A program made the translations under genes and the position numbers. Below, in pieces: positions 1 through 14,153 of a stretch of DNA of 64,000 nucleotides. Location of the stretch: assembly GCA_030390025.1 (NCBI GenBank), contig CM059433.1, forward strand, positions 7,318,001 through 7,382,000, written 5' to 3'. Within the stretch, counting starts at the first letter, position 1. Each line of letters opens with the position of its first letter. This DNA is from Squalus acanthias (Eukaryota). Under the pieces are notes generated by a model. That model saw only the letters and a list, made by a program, of their open reading frames with translations, was not told where the DNA came from and made no database searches.

Positions 1-485
1 CCTGCTCATTAATGCCTTGAATCTCGGCCTGGAGAGACCTCAAAAGCAATTGTGTTGGAAGCACTAATGGATAGGCCCAGGGAAAGAGCCCGGCGTTTAG
101 GAACCTTAAAAGTGGTGCTGAGGGCCCAAACTCCTTAGGACAGTGTTAAAATCAAAAATTTTGCCGACAAGAAAAGGCAGGAAGTGCCCGGCTTTAAATA
201 GCGCTCCCCCAGCCCCTTCCCGACTTGAAAATGTTCCCCTCTACCTGTCTTTCCTAGCGGCAGGCACTAAGGCAGGGGGCGCGATTCAATATCCGGTCTG
301 TGGCGCTACCGGGGCAGTGCACGCTTGACTGACGTCACGATCTGCGGGCGCAGGAGATCGTGGCGGTAGTGTTTAGCGCCGCTGCAAAACGACTGGTCAA
401 TTTCGCGAGCTGTGCTAAAATCGCCTCGCTCGGGCGCTAAGTCCCTCGCGCCCCCCCGGAGGCGCTAACCAACCGAATTTCCCCC
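1..485. mobile_element. Non-autonomous DNA transposon (Harbinger-type MITE), right part
   Basis: Homologous to 48038-48623; ends in ACCGAATTTCCCCC terminal repeat. Confidence 0.75.
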
Positions 486-496
486 CCCTCCCCAAA

Positions 497-1395
497 GAGT
501 TCGGGGGGAGTTATAGGGCTGGAGGTTACAGAAATAGGGAGGGGCAAGGCCCTGAAGAGATTTAAACACAAGGATGGCAATTTTAGATTGGAGGCGTTAG
601 GGAGACAGAGAGCCAATATAGGTCAACAAGGACAGGATACGATACAGTTGGATGAGCTGAAGTTTACATCGCGTGGAGAATGGGAGCTCAGCCAGGAGAG
701 CATTGGAATAGTCAAGTCTGGAGGTGACAAAGGGTGGAGGCAGGCAATGTTATGGAGTTAAAAATAGGCAATCTTTGTGATGGAGAGGATACGGGCTCAG
801 ATGCTCAGCTCGGGCTCGAAAAGGACGTCAAAGATTGCCAACAGCCTGGTTCAACCTGAGGCAGTAGACGGGGAGGGGGACTGAATCGGTGTCAAGGGTA
901 CAGAGCTTGTGTCGGAGGGCCAATGATGATGGTTTCGGTCTTCCCAATGTTTAACTGGAGGAAATCATGGCTCATCCAAGACGGGATGCCGGACAAGTCG
1001 TCTGACAACACAAAGGCAGTGGAGGGGTCGAGAGGTGTAGAGCTGGCTATTGTCAATGTACACGTGGAAGCTGACCCCATGTCTTCGGATGATGTTGCCA
1101 AAGGCATCATGCAAATGTGCAAGAGGAGGGGAACTTTAGAGGACTCGAGGTAACGGTGCGGGACCAGGAAGAGAAACCGTTGCTGGAGATTCTTTGGCTA
1201 CGACTGGATAAATAAGAGAAGAGCCAAGTGAGAGCTGTCCCACTGAGCTGGACAATGGAGGGGGGGCGCGGAAGACGATTCTGAGGTCAATTATGCAAAA
1301 GGCTGCAGAGAGGTCAAGGAGGAAGAGCAGAAAAAAAAATGAACCATGGTCAGTCATATGGATATCATTTGTGACTTTAATTAGGGCTGTTGCAG
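497..1395 (-). mobile_element. L2-like LINE fragment
   Basis: Decayed RT motifs LLDLSAAF and WMSHDFLQLNIGKTE; approximate ends. Confidence 0.8.
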
Positions 1396-1523
1396 TACAG
1401 CCTCACTGTTCCATTGTACTTCCTAAGTCAGCCCAGATGAGATCATGACCTCCCCAAGTAGGAAACTGTGAGCACAGCCCCAGTTCCAATACTCAATCTT
1501 GCAACTCAGTCTTGCATCACCAT

Positions 1524-2200
1524 GGGCCGGATATTCCGACCCCCACGGGTGGGTACGAGGTGTGTGCGCACCCGTAGGGGCCTCGCAAGTGCCGGTTTCA
1601 GGCATGCGAAGCGCACTTCCGATCTGTCAAGAATTAGATCATCCGCCTGCGCCTCCGCGGGCAGAGAGTTCCGCTTTCTGCACAACCTCCGCCTGCTGAA
1701 AACCTTACGCCTGGTAAAAGCCTGCGTAAGGCCTGCTTTTATCAGCATAAGAGTTTAAAAAAAAAATTTCCACTCATTTATAATTTAAAAATACTTTTAA
1801 AAAGGTAAGTTTATTTTTAGCCTCGTAAAAATTTGAAATTAAATTCTTTTTTAAATATTTAATTTAATGTAATTTTAATTAATTTTAAATACAAGATTAA
1901 TTTTTTTTTTTAATGTTTTCGTGTGTTTTTTAAGTGCTCTCCATTCATACTTTTGACAGTTCTGTGTGTAGAGACCTGTCAAAAGTGTGAAGGGGGATTC
2001 CCTTCTTTGATTGGTTCCCCATGGCCCACGTGATCCCAGGGAAGCTTGCGAACCACCTGCGCCCTTGGGATACCTGGGCCTCGGCGCGCGCACCAGGAGA
2101 GGCCCAGGATCGGAAGTGTCGGGACCTACAGAGCCAACAGGTAAATTCATAGATTGGAGGCATCCGCCCGTAGGAAGCCTCCGATCGGAAAATCCGGCCC
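1524..2200. mobile_element. Harbinger-type MITE
   Basis: TIRs GGGCCGGATATTCCGA / TCGGAAAATCCGGCCC; 3-bp TSD CAT; AT-rich core; related to 20034-20792. Confidence 0.85.
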
Positions 2201-2642
2201 CATGTTTTTGCTGTTAAGCAATAAGTTGGAATATTCTATTTTACTAAGACTCCCTCCCCACCCTTTCAAATCACAGTTAACATGTTAAAACAGTTTTTGT
2301 TAGATTGGAAAGCAAAATTACTGAGCAACCAAGGTGCCCCAATAATATCTAAATATCTTCACATCTACTTATTGTTTTTCAGGATTTTCTCTTCCAGGAT
2401 TGTCCTTGGTTAGTCAACAAATGTACAGTTAGCCATCATTTGTTCAACTCGGGCTGCTGAAGCCAACAGTAAACTTTCTCAAATCTTTGTGCTCCCAGAA
2501 ACCAGCAACATTAATTTCATGAGACATCTGCCCTTGTCACAGATGGCCTCAGCTCCACCCTGAAATGCCTCCACATACTTGTTTTAATTTTTTTTTTAAA
2601 AAGGATGGGGAGACAAATTTTCAGATTTGCACCAACATTTAC

Positions 2643-2793
2643 CTAAAATCAGCAGCAGCTCTTGTGCACGGCCTAAAGCAAAGACAGGAATGAGGCAGCG
2701 CCCTCCTCGGTTTACAATATCATGTACAGTGTTGCAGAATCGAGCTTCACGCTCCTCGCGTTTCTCATGGATGTGGGTACCATATGTGGATTC
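2643..2793 (-). CDS. CPSF3: CPSF3 exon 7 (gene continues beyond the window start)
   Basis: 151 nt; [50 protein letters not shown]; start of beta-CASP domain. Confidence 0.96.
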
Positions 2794-3089
2794 CTGAATG
2801 AGAAAGATCAGAATTACTACAGTAAGGAAACTGAAACAAGTCTTCAGCCCAGGGTTGCGTTTCGGAGCAGAAACAAAAACTCAGCGGCATCCTGTTACAT
2901 GAGCTGATACAGATGAAAAAATCAGAAGTGTGTATATATATAAAAAAATTAAAATAAGTTTATTCTTATAGCTCAGTTTTTGATCAGTTATCCAGCAAAT
3001 AAACTAGGAATGTAGTAAGGTTTTCCTTAAATTCCTGGGCCTGACCCTTTTTTTTGCTGCTCACTATTTACAGATCATTATGACAGAAT

Positions 3090-3797
3090 GGGCCAAGTGA
3101 GCCTGCAGAAGTAATGGCGTATTAACAACACACGCCGTTATTAACGCGGAAATCTGCCAGCAAGTTCAAGGGACGAAGAGATAAACCACGAGCTGCGAAT
3201 CTCTGGAACTTGCTGGTCGATTTGCTTTGCACAAACAGCAACTCGCCCTGAGCCTCCCCGTTATTTTTAAGAACTTGCTGGATTTGCACATTAATTGCCC
3301 ATTAAACGCATCGCAGAAAGTTAGGGCTCATAATTAATAGTGCAAGTACCCTTTTAATGATGTAATAATTGTTAATGCAATGTCAATCAATCACTCCGGC
3401 CCAGAAATGGAACAATTTAAACTGTTGAGCAAGTCTCATTCCTGCATGTAGTAAATTGTTGTTAGAGATTTTAAAAATTTCAAATTTAATTTTTTTTCTT
3501 ATTTTCATTTGCCTTTTTTCTCTCTCCCATAATCCAATCTTTCTTTGCCTCTCTTTCTGCACCTGATTTGACTCTAATTCACCCTCTCTCTCAGTTGTTC
3601 CTCTGTTTCTTTCTCATTCCTTAAATCTCATTGGTTAAGGGGATACACCATTGGTCTCGCTGTTCACCAAGGTCCTAAATGCCGTGTTGCACTTCCAACA
3701 AGTTTCGGCGCAAAATATCTTCGAGCTGAAAGGTGCAGGAAAAAGTCTAACTAACGGTGCACATGGAAAGAAGCTCTTCTCCAGCAAGGTTTGGCCC
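3090..3797. mobile_element. Harbinger-type MITE
   Basis: Imperfect TIRs GGGCCAA...CTGCAGAAG / CTTCTCCAG...TTGGCCC; TSD AAT; partial relative at ~46560-46936. Confidence 0.75.
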
Positions 3798-4116
3798 AAT
3801 GTTTCACGGTCAAGCCAGCCACACAATATTTGAGGCCTTAATTTTAAAAGTCCTACAGTATTACTGTTCTTCCAGGAGAGACAGGGAAAAGACTGATGGA
3901 ACTGCTCATGTAGCACCTTGAGGCAATAAGCGGCATCAGTGACAAAAAATGTTTTCCTGAAGAACAAATCCTTCACAACTTAAATTAAAAAAATTGAATG
4001 ATTTCTATGCATTGTAATTTAATAATTTCCTTTCTCTTCTAAGCATCTACACACACGCACTTCAGTGCACCAGAAATGAGATGCAAAACTTACTGATGTT
4101 ATATTCCGTTTTCTAT

Positions 4117-6344
4117 TTTCTATTGAGTTTGAAAGTGATTTAGTTAAATCCGAAACTAGGGTCTTAAATCTAAACAAAGCAAACTACGTAGGTATGAGGG
4201 GCGAGTTGGCTAAGGTAGATTGGGAAACTATGTTAAAAGGTGTGATGGTAGACAAGCAATGGCTAGCATTTAAAGAATGAATACATAATTTACAACAAAT
4301 ATACATTCCTTTAAGGCACAAAAACCCCACAGGAAAAGTGGTCCAACCGTGGCGAACAAGAGAAGTTAAAGATGGTATTAGTTCAAAGGAAGAGGCTTAT
4401 AATGTTGCCAAAAAGAGTAGTAAGCCTGAGGATTGGGAGGATTTTAGAATTCAGCAAAGGAGAACCAAGAAATTGATAAAGGGAAAATAGAATATGAAAG
4501 TAAACTAGCGAGAGACATAAAAACAGACTGTAAAAGCTTCTATAGGTATGTAAAAAGGAAAAGATTAGCGAAGGAAAATGTGTGCCCCTTACAGGCTGAG
4601 ACAGGAGAAATTATAATAGGGAATAAGGAAATGGCAGAGAAATTAAACAAATACTTTGTATCTGTCTTCACTGAAGAAGACGCAAAAAACTTCCGGGTAA
4701 TAGTGGAGAACCAAGGCTCTAGCAAGAATGAGGAACTGAAAGAAATTAGTATTAGTAAAAAAATAATACTGGAGAAATTAATGGGACTGAAAGCCGATAA
4801 ATCCCCTGGAGCTGATGGCCTACATCCTAGGGTTTTGAAAGAGTTGGCTACAGAGATAGTGGATGCATTGGTTGTCATTTTCCAAAATTCCATAGATTCT
4901 AGAACGGTTCCCGCGGATTGGAAGGTCGCAAATGTAACCCCACTATTTAAGAAAGGAGGGAGAGAGAAAACGGGGAACTACAGACCAGTTAGCCTGACAT
5001 CAGTAGTAGGGAAAATGCTAGAATCTATTATTAAGGACATGGTAACAGGACACTTAGAAAATAGTAATAGGATTGGGCAGATTCAACACGGATTTATGAA
5101 AGGGAAATTGTGTTTGACGAATCTGTTAGAGTTTTTTGAGGTTGTAACTAGCAGAATAGATAAGAGGGAAACCAGTGGATGTGGTGTATTTGGATTTTCA
5201 GAAGGCATTCGATAAGGTGCCACACAGGAGGTTATTAAACAAAATTAGGGCTCATGCGATTGGGGGTAATATACTAGCATGGATTGAGGATTGGTTAACA
5301 GACAGAAAATAGAGAGTAGGAACAAACGGATCATTTTCAGGTTGGCAGGCTGTAACTAGTGGGGTTCCGCAAGGATCAGTGCTTGGGCCTCAGCTATTCA
5401 CAATCTACATCAATTGCTGATGATACAAAGCTAGGTGGGAATGTAAGTTGTGAGGAGGATGCAAAGAGGCTTCAAGGGGATATAGACAGGCTAAATGAGT
5501 GGGCAAGAACATGGCAAATGGAATATAATGTGGAGAAATGTGAAGTTATCCACTTTGGTAGGAAGAATAGAAAAGCAGAGTATTTTTTAAATTGAGAGAG
5601 ATTGGGAAATGTTGGTGTTCAGAGGGACCTGGGTGTCCTTGTACACGAATCACTGAAAGGTAACATGCAAGTACAGCAAGCAATTAGGAAAGCAAATGCT
5701 AGGTTGGCCTTTATTACAAGAGGATTTGAGTATAAGAGTAAAGATGTCTTACTGCAATTATATAGGGTCCTGGTGAGACCACACCTGGAGTATTGTGTAC
5801 AGTTTTGGTCTCCTTACCTAAGGAAGGATATACTTGCCATAGAGGGAGTGCAACAAAGATTCACCAGACTGTTTCCTGGGATGGGGGGATTGTCCCGAGG
5901 AGAGATTGAGTAGACTAGGCCTATATACCCTTGAGTTTAGAAGAATGAGAGGTGATCTCATTGAAACATACAAAATTCTTACAGGGCTTGACAGGGTAGA
6001 CGCAGGGAGGATGTTCCCCCTGGCTGAGGAGTCTAGAACCAGGGGTCACAGTCTCAGAATAAGGGGTCGGCCATTTAGGACTGAGATGAGGAGAAATTTC
6101 TTCACTCAGAGGGTGGTGAATCTTTGGAATTCTCTACCCCAGAGGGCTGTGGAGGCTCAGTCATTGGGTATATTCAAGACAGAGATCGATAGATTTTTGA
6201 ATATTAAGGGAATCAAGCGATATGGGGATAGTGCAGGAAAGTGGAGATGAGGTAGAAGATCAGCCATGATCTTATTGAATGGCGGAGCAGGCTCGAGGGG
6301 CCGAATGGCCTACTGCTGCTCCTATTTCCTATGTTCTTATGTTC
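4117..6344 (+). mobile_element. CR1 LINE, 5'-truncated, frameshifted ORF2
   Basis: KSPGADGLHPRVLKE, NYRPVSLTS, ADDTKL, VRPHLEYCVQFWSP; 3' tail of TTCTTATG-like repeats. Confidence 0.93.
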
Positions 6345-6473
6345 TATACATTCTGCTAGCTTGGGTAAAAACGTGGAGTAATCATTCACCCTATTATCAA
6401 TCACACACACATGCGCACTCACTTCACTGCTAGTGATATTACGATCAGCCTGAAGAAATCAAAAGCAACTTAC

Positions 6474-6563
6474 TATTATAAGAATATCAGGTCGGACACT
6501 GGGAATCTCAGCTGCCATTAAGTGCCTATCCTCTTGTCGTGAAAAATCTCCAGTGTACAAAAT
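6474..6563 (-). CDS. CPSF3: CPSF3 exon 6
   Basis: 90 nt; [30 protein letters not shown]. Confidence 0.96.
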
Positions 6564-7177
6564 CTGCATGGGAGCAATTAGTGATAAACATAAGATAATA
6601 TTGAAAGTTACTTAAGATTTGCAGGCATTGAAACAATGCAAACATTTCTGTCCAGGTATTATGAGCTAACTCTATTCTATTAAAAATAGCAGGTGGGCCA
6701 CAATATTCTATTTCAAGATGCACTGAAAACTCCCAGGTCAACGTGGTCCAATGGAAAGTCCATTATAAAAACCACTCACATTTCCCTGCAATTCCTGTTT
6801 TACCTGTAGCTATGCTGTGTTAGGTGTTTTCCCCATCAAGCATTTGCTAATGTTAGTGACACCATAATGCCGCTTACCAAAATGAGCCGTTCCCCCACCT
6901 CACAGAGGAACTATTCCGACCCCCACTACCCCTCCCCTTCTCCTTCACTTATGCTCCTTCTGCCTCATTCCCCCACCTTTTAATCCACCTTGGCCTGAAG
7001 ACAGCACTTGATCTCGACAACCCACGTGCAAAACCACAGAAAATCGACTATTATATAAAAATGCAATAGAAGTCAGAGTTTCTGATGAAAGTCACATCAG
7101 AAATGCTAGCCCATCATTTTTCTTTCAGACACGGATATATCTGTCGTGTATTTTATCACCCATATATTTTTACATAC

Positions 7178-7355
7178 CTTCACCCCAGCTATTTCAATCA
7201 TAAACATGGCTGCTCCCAAGACGTGGCCTGCGTGGTAACACCAGAACTTGATACCTGCCACTTCCTTCACCTCATGAAAGTTGATTGTTTCAATCTTATC
7301 CATACTTTCTTCTAGGTCCGATTCTGTGTACAGCATGTCATCTGCCGAGATATTA
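7178..7355 (-). CDS. CPSF3: CPSF3 exon 5
   Basis: 178 nt; [59 protein letters not shown]. Confidence 0.97.
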
Positions 7356-8163
7356 CTTAACGCACAAATAAAACGTATGTTAAGAACCAATGGATCGATT
7401 GTAATATTAAGAGCTTGCATGAATCAAAACAATACTTGAAAATGAAACAGTCTCATGAATTCTAAGCCCCAGAAGTGGATGCATTATTTTTGCGGTATTG
7501 AGCCATACACTCCCAAGAAGTTCCAGGTCAGATAGCCAGTTTGTGCAGAGTTAGCCGATTTCAGCTGGAACAGCATTTAGGGTAATACAATCATCCTCAG
7601 CTGCCACGCTGGAAAAGGTGCACTTGGACGTCAGCCGAGGATGGAACTGGGATCGGCTTTCAAGCCCCCGATGTTCAAATAAGCTTCCAACACTCAGTGG
7701 CAGTGCCTGCGGAACTGTAGCCCTACAACACACTCATGCACGCAAATCAAGAGCTAAATACACACTTGGAATGGTGCCAATGTGATCAAATTAAAAAGAT
7801 CTGACTCTTTAAAGGTTTGGTATCCAAGTTCAAAAATATCCTCTTTCCTGTAAAAGTGCTAAAAGACACAAGGTGCTCTGGAAGGTAAGGATGGAGTAAT
7901 TAATTTCTACAGAAATGCACCTGGAAAAGAGGAAGGAAGGAGATGGTGCGTGTACATTTTGTGTGTCAATTTTCTGTATTTTATACAGGTGGTTTTTTGG
8001 GATGTGGTGATGTAAAGAAGTACTCTTTGTTTCAGGAATTATGGGTTAACTGTCAGCAACGGCAGCTGAAAAATCAATACTGCAAAGGGGGAAGTTTGAG
8101 TAGAGTACGGTTCATTTAGCATGAAGAAAAAAGTTAAATCTGAAATACAGAAGCTTCCACTCA

Positions 8164-8325
<162 letters not shown>

Positions 8326-9661
8326 TTATACATGTATAAACACAGTCACATATATAGCCTTTGCTTGCAAAAAAAAAGCTATTGTTGCAAATCACGAATC
8401 AAGCTATATATTTATTTACTTTAACAAAAGGTACAGCTGACTTCTTGTATCACTCACATCACAAACTTTTTCTAAAATGTTTAGAACATAGATGCTAAAA
8501 TATTTCCAGCGGTGTGGCGCTGTCAGACCAACACAGCTTAAGGTACGAACACACATTCAAAATGTCGGACAGGCAAAGACCAACTGGTGCATCTAGCCTG
8601 CAATATCTTGTGCATCACAATATACACCCAGGGCCACACAATCTCGAGGTGCGAAAAAAACCCAGATAAAAACCTAGGTCAATTAAGGGGGGAAAAAAAT
8701 CTGGAAAATTCCTCTCTGACCCCTTTAGCCGATCAAAACTAGTCCAGTCGATCACATTGAACCTGGCTTATGTTACGTGGTACCTATCTATTCTACAGTG
8801 TGATCTCCGCCCCAGTCAGAAACAGGTCCATCTCTCTCTTGAAGGAAGACAGCAAATCAGCTTTCACCGCACGAGCCAACAACCTGTTCACAGGCCCACG
8901 ATTCACTGGGAAAAGAAGAATCGCCTAACATCCAACCTAGCTCTTCCCTTATGGAACTTGTTAGTGTGACTTCTGGTCATGTCTAACCTATCCAGTTGAA
9001 ATAATTTATCCATGTAAACACAATCTAGTCCATTAATTATTTTATAAACTTTTGATCTGTTCGCCCCCAAGTCTACACTTCTCGAAAGTGTACAGATCCA
9101 GCTCTTTAAGTCTATCTGGATAGCTACGGTAACACTTCCAGTTGGCGATTTGAGATGAGATTATTAGCAAAAATTAGAACGCACGGAATTGGAGGTAACC
9201 TTGTGACACAGTTCAGTAATTGGTTGGGAGGTAGGAGGCAGAGAGTAGGGATAAAGGGAACGTTTTCTGATTGGCGGGATGTGACAAGTGGTATCTCCCA
9301 GGGATCTGTACTGGGGCCTCAGCTTTTCACCATATACATTAATGACTTGGATTAAGGAATAGAGAGTTGTATATCCAAGTTTGCAGACGAGACTAAATTA
9401 GGAGGCACAGTAAGTTGCGTGGATGGGAGGAGGAAGTTACAAAGGGACATAGACAGACTAAGTGAGTGAGCAAAACTATGGCAGAGCTCAATGTGGGGAA
9501 GTGTGAGGTCCACTTTGGATCGGAGACAAACAAATTGGAAAATGTTCTTAATGGTGAGAGACTAGGAACTACGGAGCAGCGAAGTAATAAAGATCTCCAT
9601 GTACACAAATTGCTAAAAAGCTAGTACACAGGTACAAAAAGTAAATCAGAAAGGCTAATGG

Positions 9662-10141
9662 CACCCTACAGCCCTCTGGACTCAACATCGAGTTCAACAA
9701 TTTCAGATCATAATCTCGGCCTCTATCACATTTATATTTTTTTATTTTATTTTTTCATCCACGCTTTTGTTTGGCCCTTTTTTTCCCCTCCCAGAAGCTG
9801 GCAGCTGTCTTTCATTCTGCCAGCGCATCTCACACTTCATCTAGCCTCTACCTGTCACATTAACACCTCCTCCTCTTGCCTTGAATATCTCTTAATGTCT
9901 CCTGCTTTCTATCCCACCACTGACCTTCCCCTTTGTTCTTTCATCCCCTCCCCCTTTTCCCAGCTTTATACTTGCTTTAAATCTATTTCATTTCCTGCTT
10001 TTTTCCAGTTCTGACGAAAGGTCTTCGACCTGAAACGTTAACTCTGTTTCTCTCTCCACGGATGCTGCCTGGCCTGCTGAGTTTTTCCAGCGTTTTCTGT
10101 TGTTATTTCGGATTTCCAGCATCCGCAGTATTTTGCTATCG
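9662..10141 (+). mobile_element. Penelope-like element 3' fragment
   Basis: Homologous to 29435-29835; flanked by duplicated TAATGG; contains a hammerhead motif. Confidence 0.8.
10007..10043 (+). ncRNA. Minimal type-I hammerhead ribozyme motif
   Basis: AGTT-CTGACGA-A-AGGTC(TTC)GACCT-GAAA-CG-TT-AACT; core, stem I and stem II intact. Confidence 0.7.
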
Positions 10142-10829
10142 TAATGGAATGCTGGTCTTTATCTCAAAGGGTTGGAATACAAAAGTGAGGAAGCGATGCT
10201 TCAGTTGTACAGAGCCTTGGTCAGACCCCAACTGGAGTACTGTGATCAGTTTTGGGCACCAAACCTCAAGAAAGATCTATTGGCCTTGGAGGGGGTACAG
10301 CGCAGATTCACCAGAATGATACCAGGGCTTAAAAGCTTAAATTAAGAAGACAGGTTGCATAAACTTGGTTTCTAGTTCCAGAGTTTAAAAGGTTGAGGGG
10401 TGAGCTAATCGAGGTGTTTAAAAATCAAGTCTTCCTTTTTAAAAAAAATATAAAAGGAATCAATAGGGTAGATACAGAGAAACTATTTCCTCTGGTGGGG
10501 GAATCCAGAACAAGAGGGCACAATCTTAAAATTAGGCCATTTATGAGTGAAATCAGGAACCATTTTTTCCACACAAAGGATAGCAGAAAGCAGGTACTTG
10601 CTCCCCCCAAAAACTGTGGGCGCTGGGTCAACTGAAATTTTCAAGACTGAGATCAATAGATTTTTGTTAGGTAAGGGCATCAAGGGATATGGAGCAAAGG
10701 TGGGTAAATGGAGTTCAGGTACAGATCAGCCACGATCTAACTGAATGGTGGAGCAGCCTCAAGGGGCTGAATGGCCTAATCCTGTTCCTATGTGCCAGTG
10801 AACAACAGCCACAAGGCTTTTTGTTTTTC

Positions 10830-11045
10830 TTTTATTCGTTCATGGGATGTGGGCGTCGTTGGCAAGGCCAGCATTTATTGCCCATCCCTAATTGCCCTCG
10901 AGAAGGTGGTGGTGAGCCGCCTTCTTGAACCGCTGCAGTCCGTGTGGTGAAGGAGTTCCAGGATTTTGACCCAGCGACGATGAAGGAACGGCGATATATT
11001 TCCAAGTCAGGATGGTGTGTGACTTGGAGGGGAACTTGGAGGCGA
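10830..11045 (-). mobile_element. 3' end of a Crack/L2-group LINE
   Basis: Same 3' end as 16127-16698 and 58045-58750 (GGGCAATTAGGGATGGGCAATAAATGCTGG...A-tail). Confidence 0.75.
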
Positions 11046-11328
11046 TGGTGTTTAAAACGTGTGAAAAGGTCAACTGCATTTTTGTTATAACTCAATGCCA
11101 ACAAAACTTAAAACTAACTCTTAAAAGCACTGTATGTCAATGACCTATTTAACAACTTGATTATGTACAATACTTGTACCTCAGTCTATGTAATCACCGG
11201 TTATTCAACTGCATCTAAAGTAACTCAATTGAGCATTGTGATTGGGTCAGGGGAAGCATAAAGAAAGTTTGCTGGAATTCTCTATTTGAATCAATTTCTA
11301 AACTTTGAGAGAAAAGCAATTTTACTTA

Positions 11329-11475
<147 letters not shown>

Positions 11476-11953
11476 TCAGCATGCTGTTAATGCGTAAGCA
11501 GATACACCACATGTTATACAAACTGCAACCTTATGATCTGGAACAAATCTCCTGAATTTGACCGCATTTCAAGTTTGTACTTAGTTGTTTATTCATGTTC
11601 ATAGAGGGCTACGGTTCCACTAGCTTGTGTCTGATTAAACCATCATGTCAGACTGAAGCATTCATTGGCAGGCAAACTGTTCTTGCTTCAACCCCCTACT
11701 AACTGACTGATAAGAGAAACAAGTCTGCAAGCCAAATTTTTCAATCAATGTGTTCCACATCAACAAACGCACAGAGTAGGTGTGCAAGAATTTTCTTGTA
11801 TCGGTTCTTTACAGACCGGTCCAAAAAAATGTTTATGGAAAAGTTGCAATAAATGTTTAATTTCTACTTTGTGTTAGCAAATCAATGGTTTTTATTGAAG
11901 ACCAATGACTTAAGTCAAATAGTGATCCTGAAGCTTTTGCAGTTATAAAATCA

Positions 11954-12097
<144 letters not shown>

Positions 12098-12315
12098 TTA
12101 AGGAGCTAGAAATACAAAACATCTTCTAAAGACTTTATAGGTCACTTGGTCAAAATTGAAGCTTGAGTTTTGCCATCACTAGCACGGTGTTGTGTTCTAA
12201 AAGAGAAAGAAAATGTGCTGCTGCAAAGTGGCTCCAATGTTCGAGACGACTGAGTGATGGATTGTGTGTCCAACCTGCAGCTTCTCCACAGAGGAGGCCA
12301 GAGGCTGTTCCTGAA

Positions 12316-13990
12316 AAGACGATGGGACGATGGGGGGGGGGGGGGGGGGGGGGGGAGAGAGATGGGACGATGGGGGGGGGAGGGAAGATGGGACGATGGG
12401 GGGGGGGGGGGGGAGGGAAGATGGGACGATGGGGGGGGGGGGGGGGGGAGAGAGATGGGACGATGGGGGGGGGGGGAGAGAGATGGGACGATGGGGGGGG
12501 GGGGGAGAGAGATGGGACGATGGGGGGGGGGGGGGAGAGAGATGGGACGATGGGGGGGGGGGAGAGAGATGGGACGATGGGGGGGGGGGGGGAGATGGGA
12601 CGATGGGGGGGGGGAAGATGGGACGATGGGGGGGAAGATGGGACGATGGGGGGGGGGGGAAGATGGGACGATTGGGGGGGGGGGGAAGATGGGACGATTG
12701 GGGGGGGGGGAGATGGGACGATTGGGGGGGGGGGGAGATGGGACGATGGGGGGGGGGGGCGGGGGGGAGATGGGACGATTGGGGGGGGGGGAAGATGGGA
12801 CGATGGGGGGGGAGATGGGACGAGGGGGGGGGGAGATGGGACGAGGGGGGGGGGAGATGGGACGAGGGAGATGGGACGAGGGGGGGGGGAGATGGGACGA
12901 GGGGGGGGGGGAGATGGGACGAGGGGGGGGGGGAGATGGGACGAGGGGGGGGGGGAGATGGGACGAGGGGGGGGGGAGATGGGACGAGGGGGGGGGGAGA
13001 TGGGACGAGGGGGGGGGGGGAGATGGGACGAGGGGGGGGGGGAGATGGGACGAGGGGGGGGGGGGAGATGGGACGAGGGGGGGGGGGAGAGATGGGACGA
13101 TGGGGGGGGGGGGGAGAGATGGGACGATGGGGGGGGGGGGAGAGATGGGACGATGGGGGGCGGGGAGAGATGGGACGATGGGGGCGGGGAGATGGGACGA
13201 TGGGGGGGGGAGATGGGACGATGGGGGGGGGGGGAGATGGGACGATGGGGGGGGGGGAGATGGGACGATGGGGGGGGGGAGATGGGACGATGGGGGGGGG
13301 GAGATGGGACGATGGGGGGGGGGGGAGATGGGACGATGGGGGGGGGGGGAGATGGGACGATGGGGGGGGGGGGGAGATGGGACGATGGGGGGGGGGGAGA
13401 TGGGACGATGGGGGGGGGGAGATGGGACGATGGGGGGGGGGAGATGGGACGATGGGGGGGGAGATGGGACGATGGGGGGGGGAGATGGGACGATGTGGGG
13501 GGGGGGAGATGGGACGATGTGGGGGGGGGGGAGATGGGACGATGGGGGGGGGAGGTGGGACGATGGGGGGGGGGGGGAGATGGGACGATGTGGGGGGGGG
13601 GAGATGGGACGATGGGGGGGGGAGGTGGGACGATGGGGGGGGGGAGATGGGACGATGGGGGGGGGGGGAGATGGGACGATGGGGGGGGGGAGATGGGACG
13701 ATGGGGGGGGGGGAGATGGGACGATGGGGGGGGGGGAGATGGGACGATGGGGGAGGGGGGGGGGGAGATGGGACGATGGGGGGGGGGAGATGGGGGAGGG
13801 GGACGATGGGGGGGGGGGGGAGATGGGACGATGGGGGGGGAGAGATGGGACGATGGGGGGGGGATGGGACGATGGGGGGGGGATGGGACGATGGGGGGGG
13901 AGATGGGACGATGGGGGGGGGGGGGAGAGATGGGACGAAATGGGGGGGGGGGATGGGACGATGTGGGGTGGGGGGGGGGGGGGCGGGGAT
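12316..13990 (+). repeat. G-rich minisatellite, unit GAGATGGGACGA(T) + poly-G
   Basis: Roughly 70-75 imperfect units; produces spurious Gly-rich ORFs in all three plus-strand frames. Confidence 0.95.
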
Positions 13991-14082
13991 GCCGCGCTCC
14001 CGGGGGCGGTGCTGACAGTCGGGGCCGCAGTGTCCTGTCGCGGGCGGGGATGTTTTTACTCGGGGCGGCCGGGCTGACTCAC

Positions 14083-14153
14083 AGCGGGCGGATCAGCAGC
14101 TGGTCGCTCTCCTCCGCCGGGATGAAACTCTCCGCTTTCCGCTTGGCGGACAT
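14083..14153 (-). CDS. CPSF3: CPSF3 (CPSF73, pre-mRNA 3'-end endonuclease) coding exon 1
   Basis: ATG at 14153; MSAKRKAESFIPAEESDQLLIRP(L); donor GTGAGT; 71 nt, phase 2. Confidence 0.96.

Larger units (their letters stand above)
9155..10790 (+). mobile_element. CR1 LINE fragment interrupted by a Penelope piece
   Basis: [19 protein letters not shown]1 3' end at ~10790. Confidence 0.85.

Noticed and set aside
4580..6250. Active reverse transcriptase gene
   Set aside because: 5'-truncated CR1 with frameshifts and stops
14124..14144. KRKAESF segment in the CPSF3 N-terminus that is absent from the human protein
   Set aside because: I recall similar basic N-termini in non-mammalian vertebrate CPSF3, so probably ancestral rather than novel (not verified)
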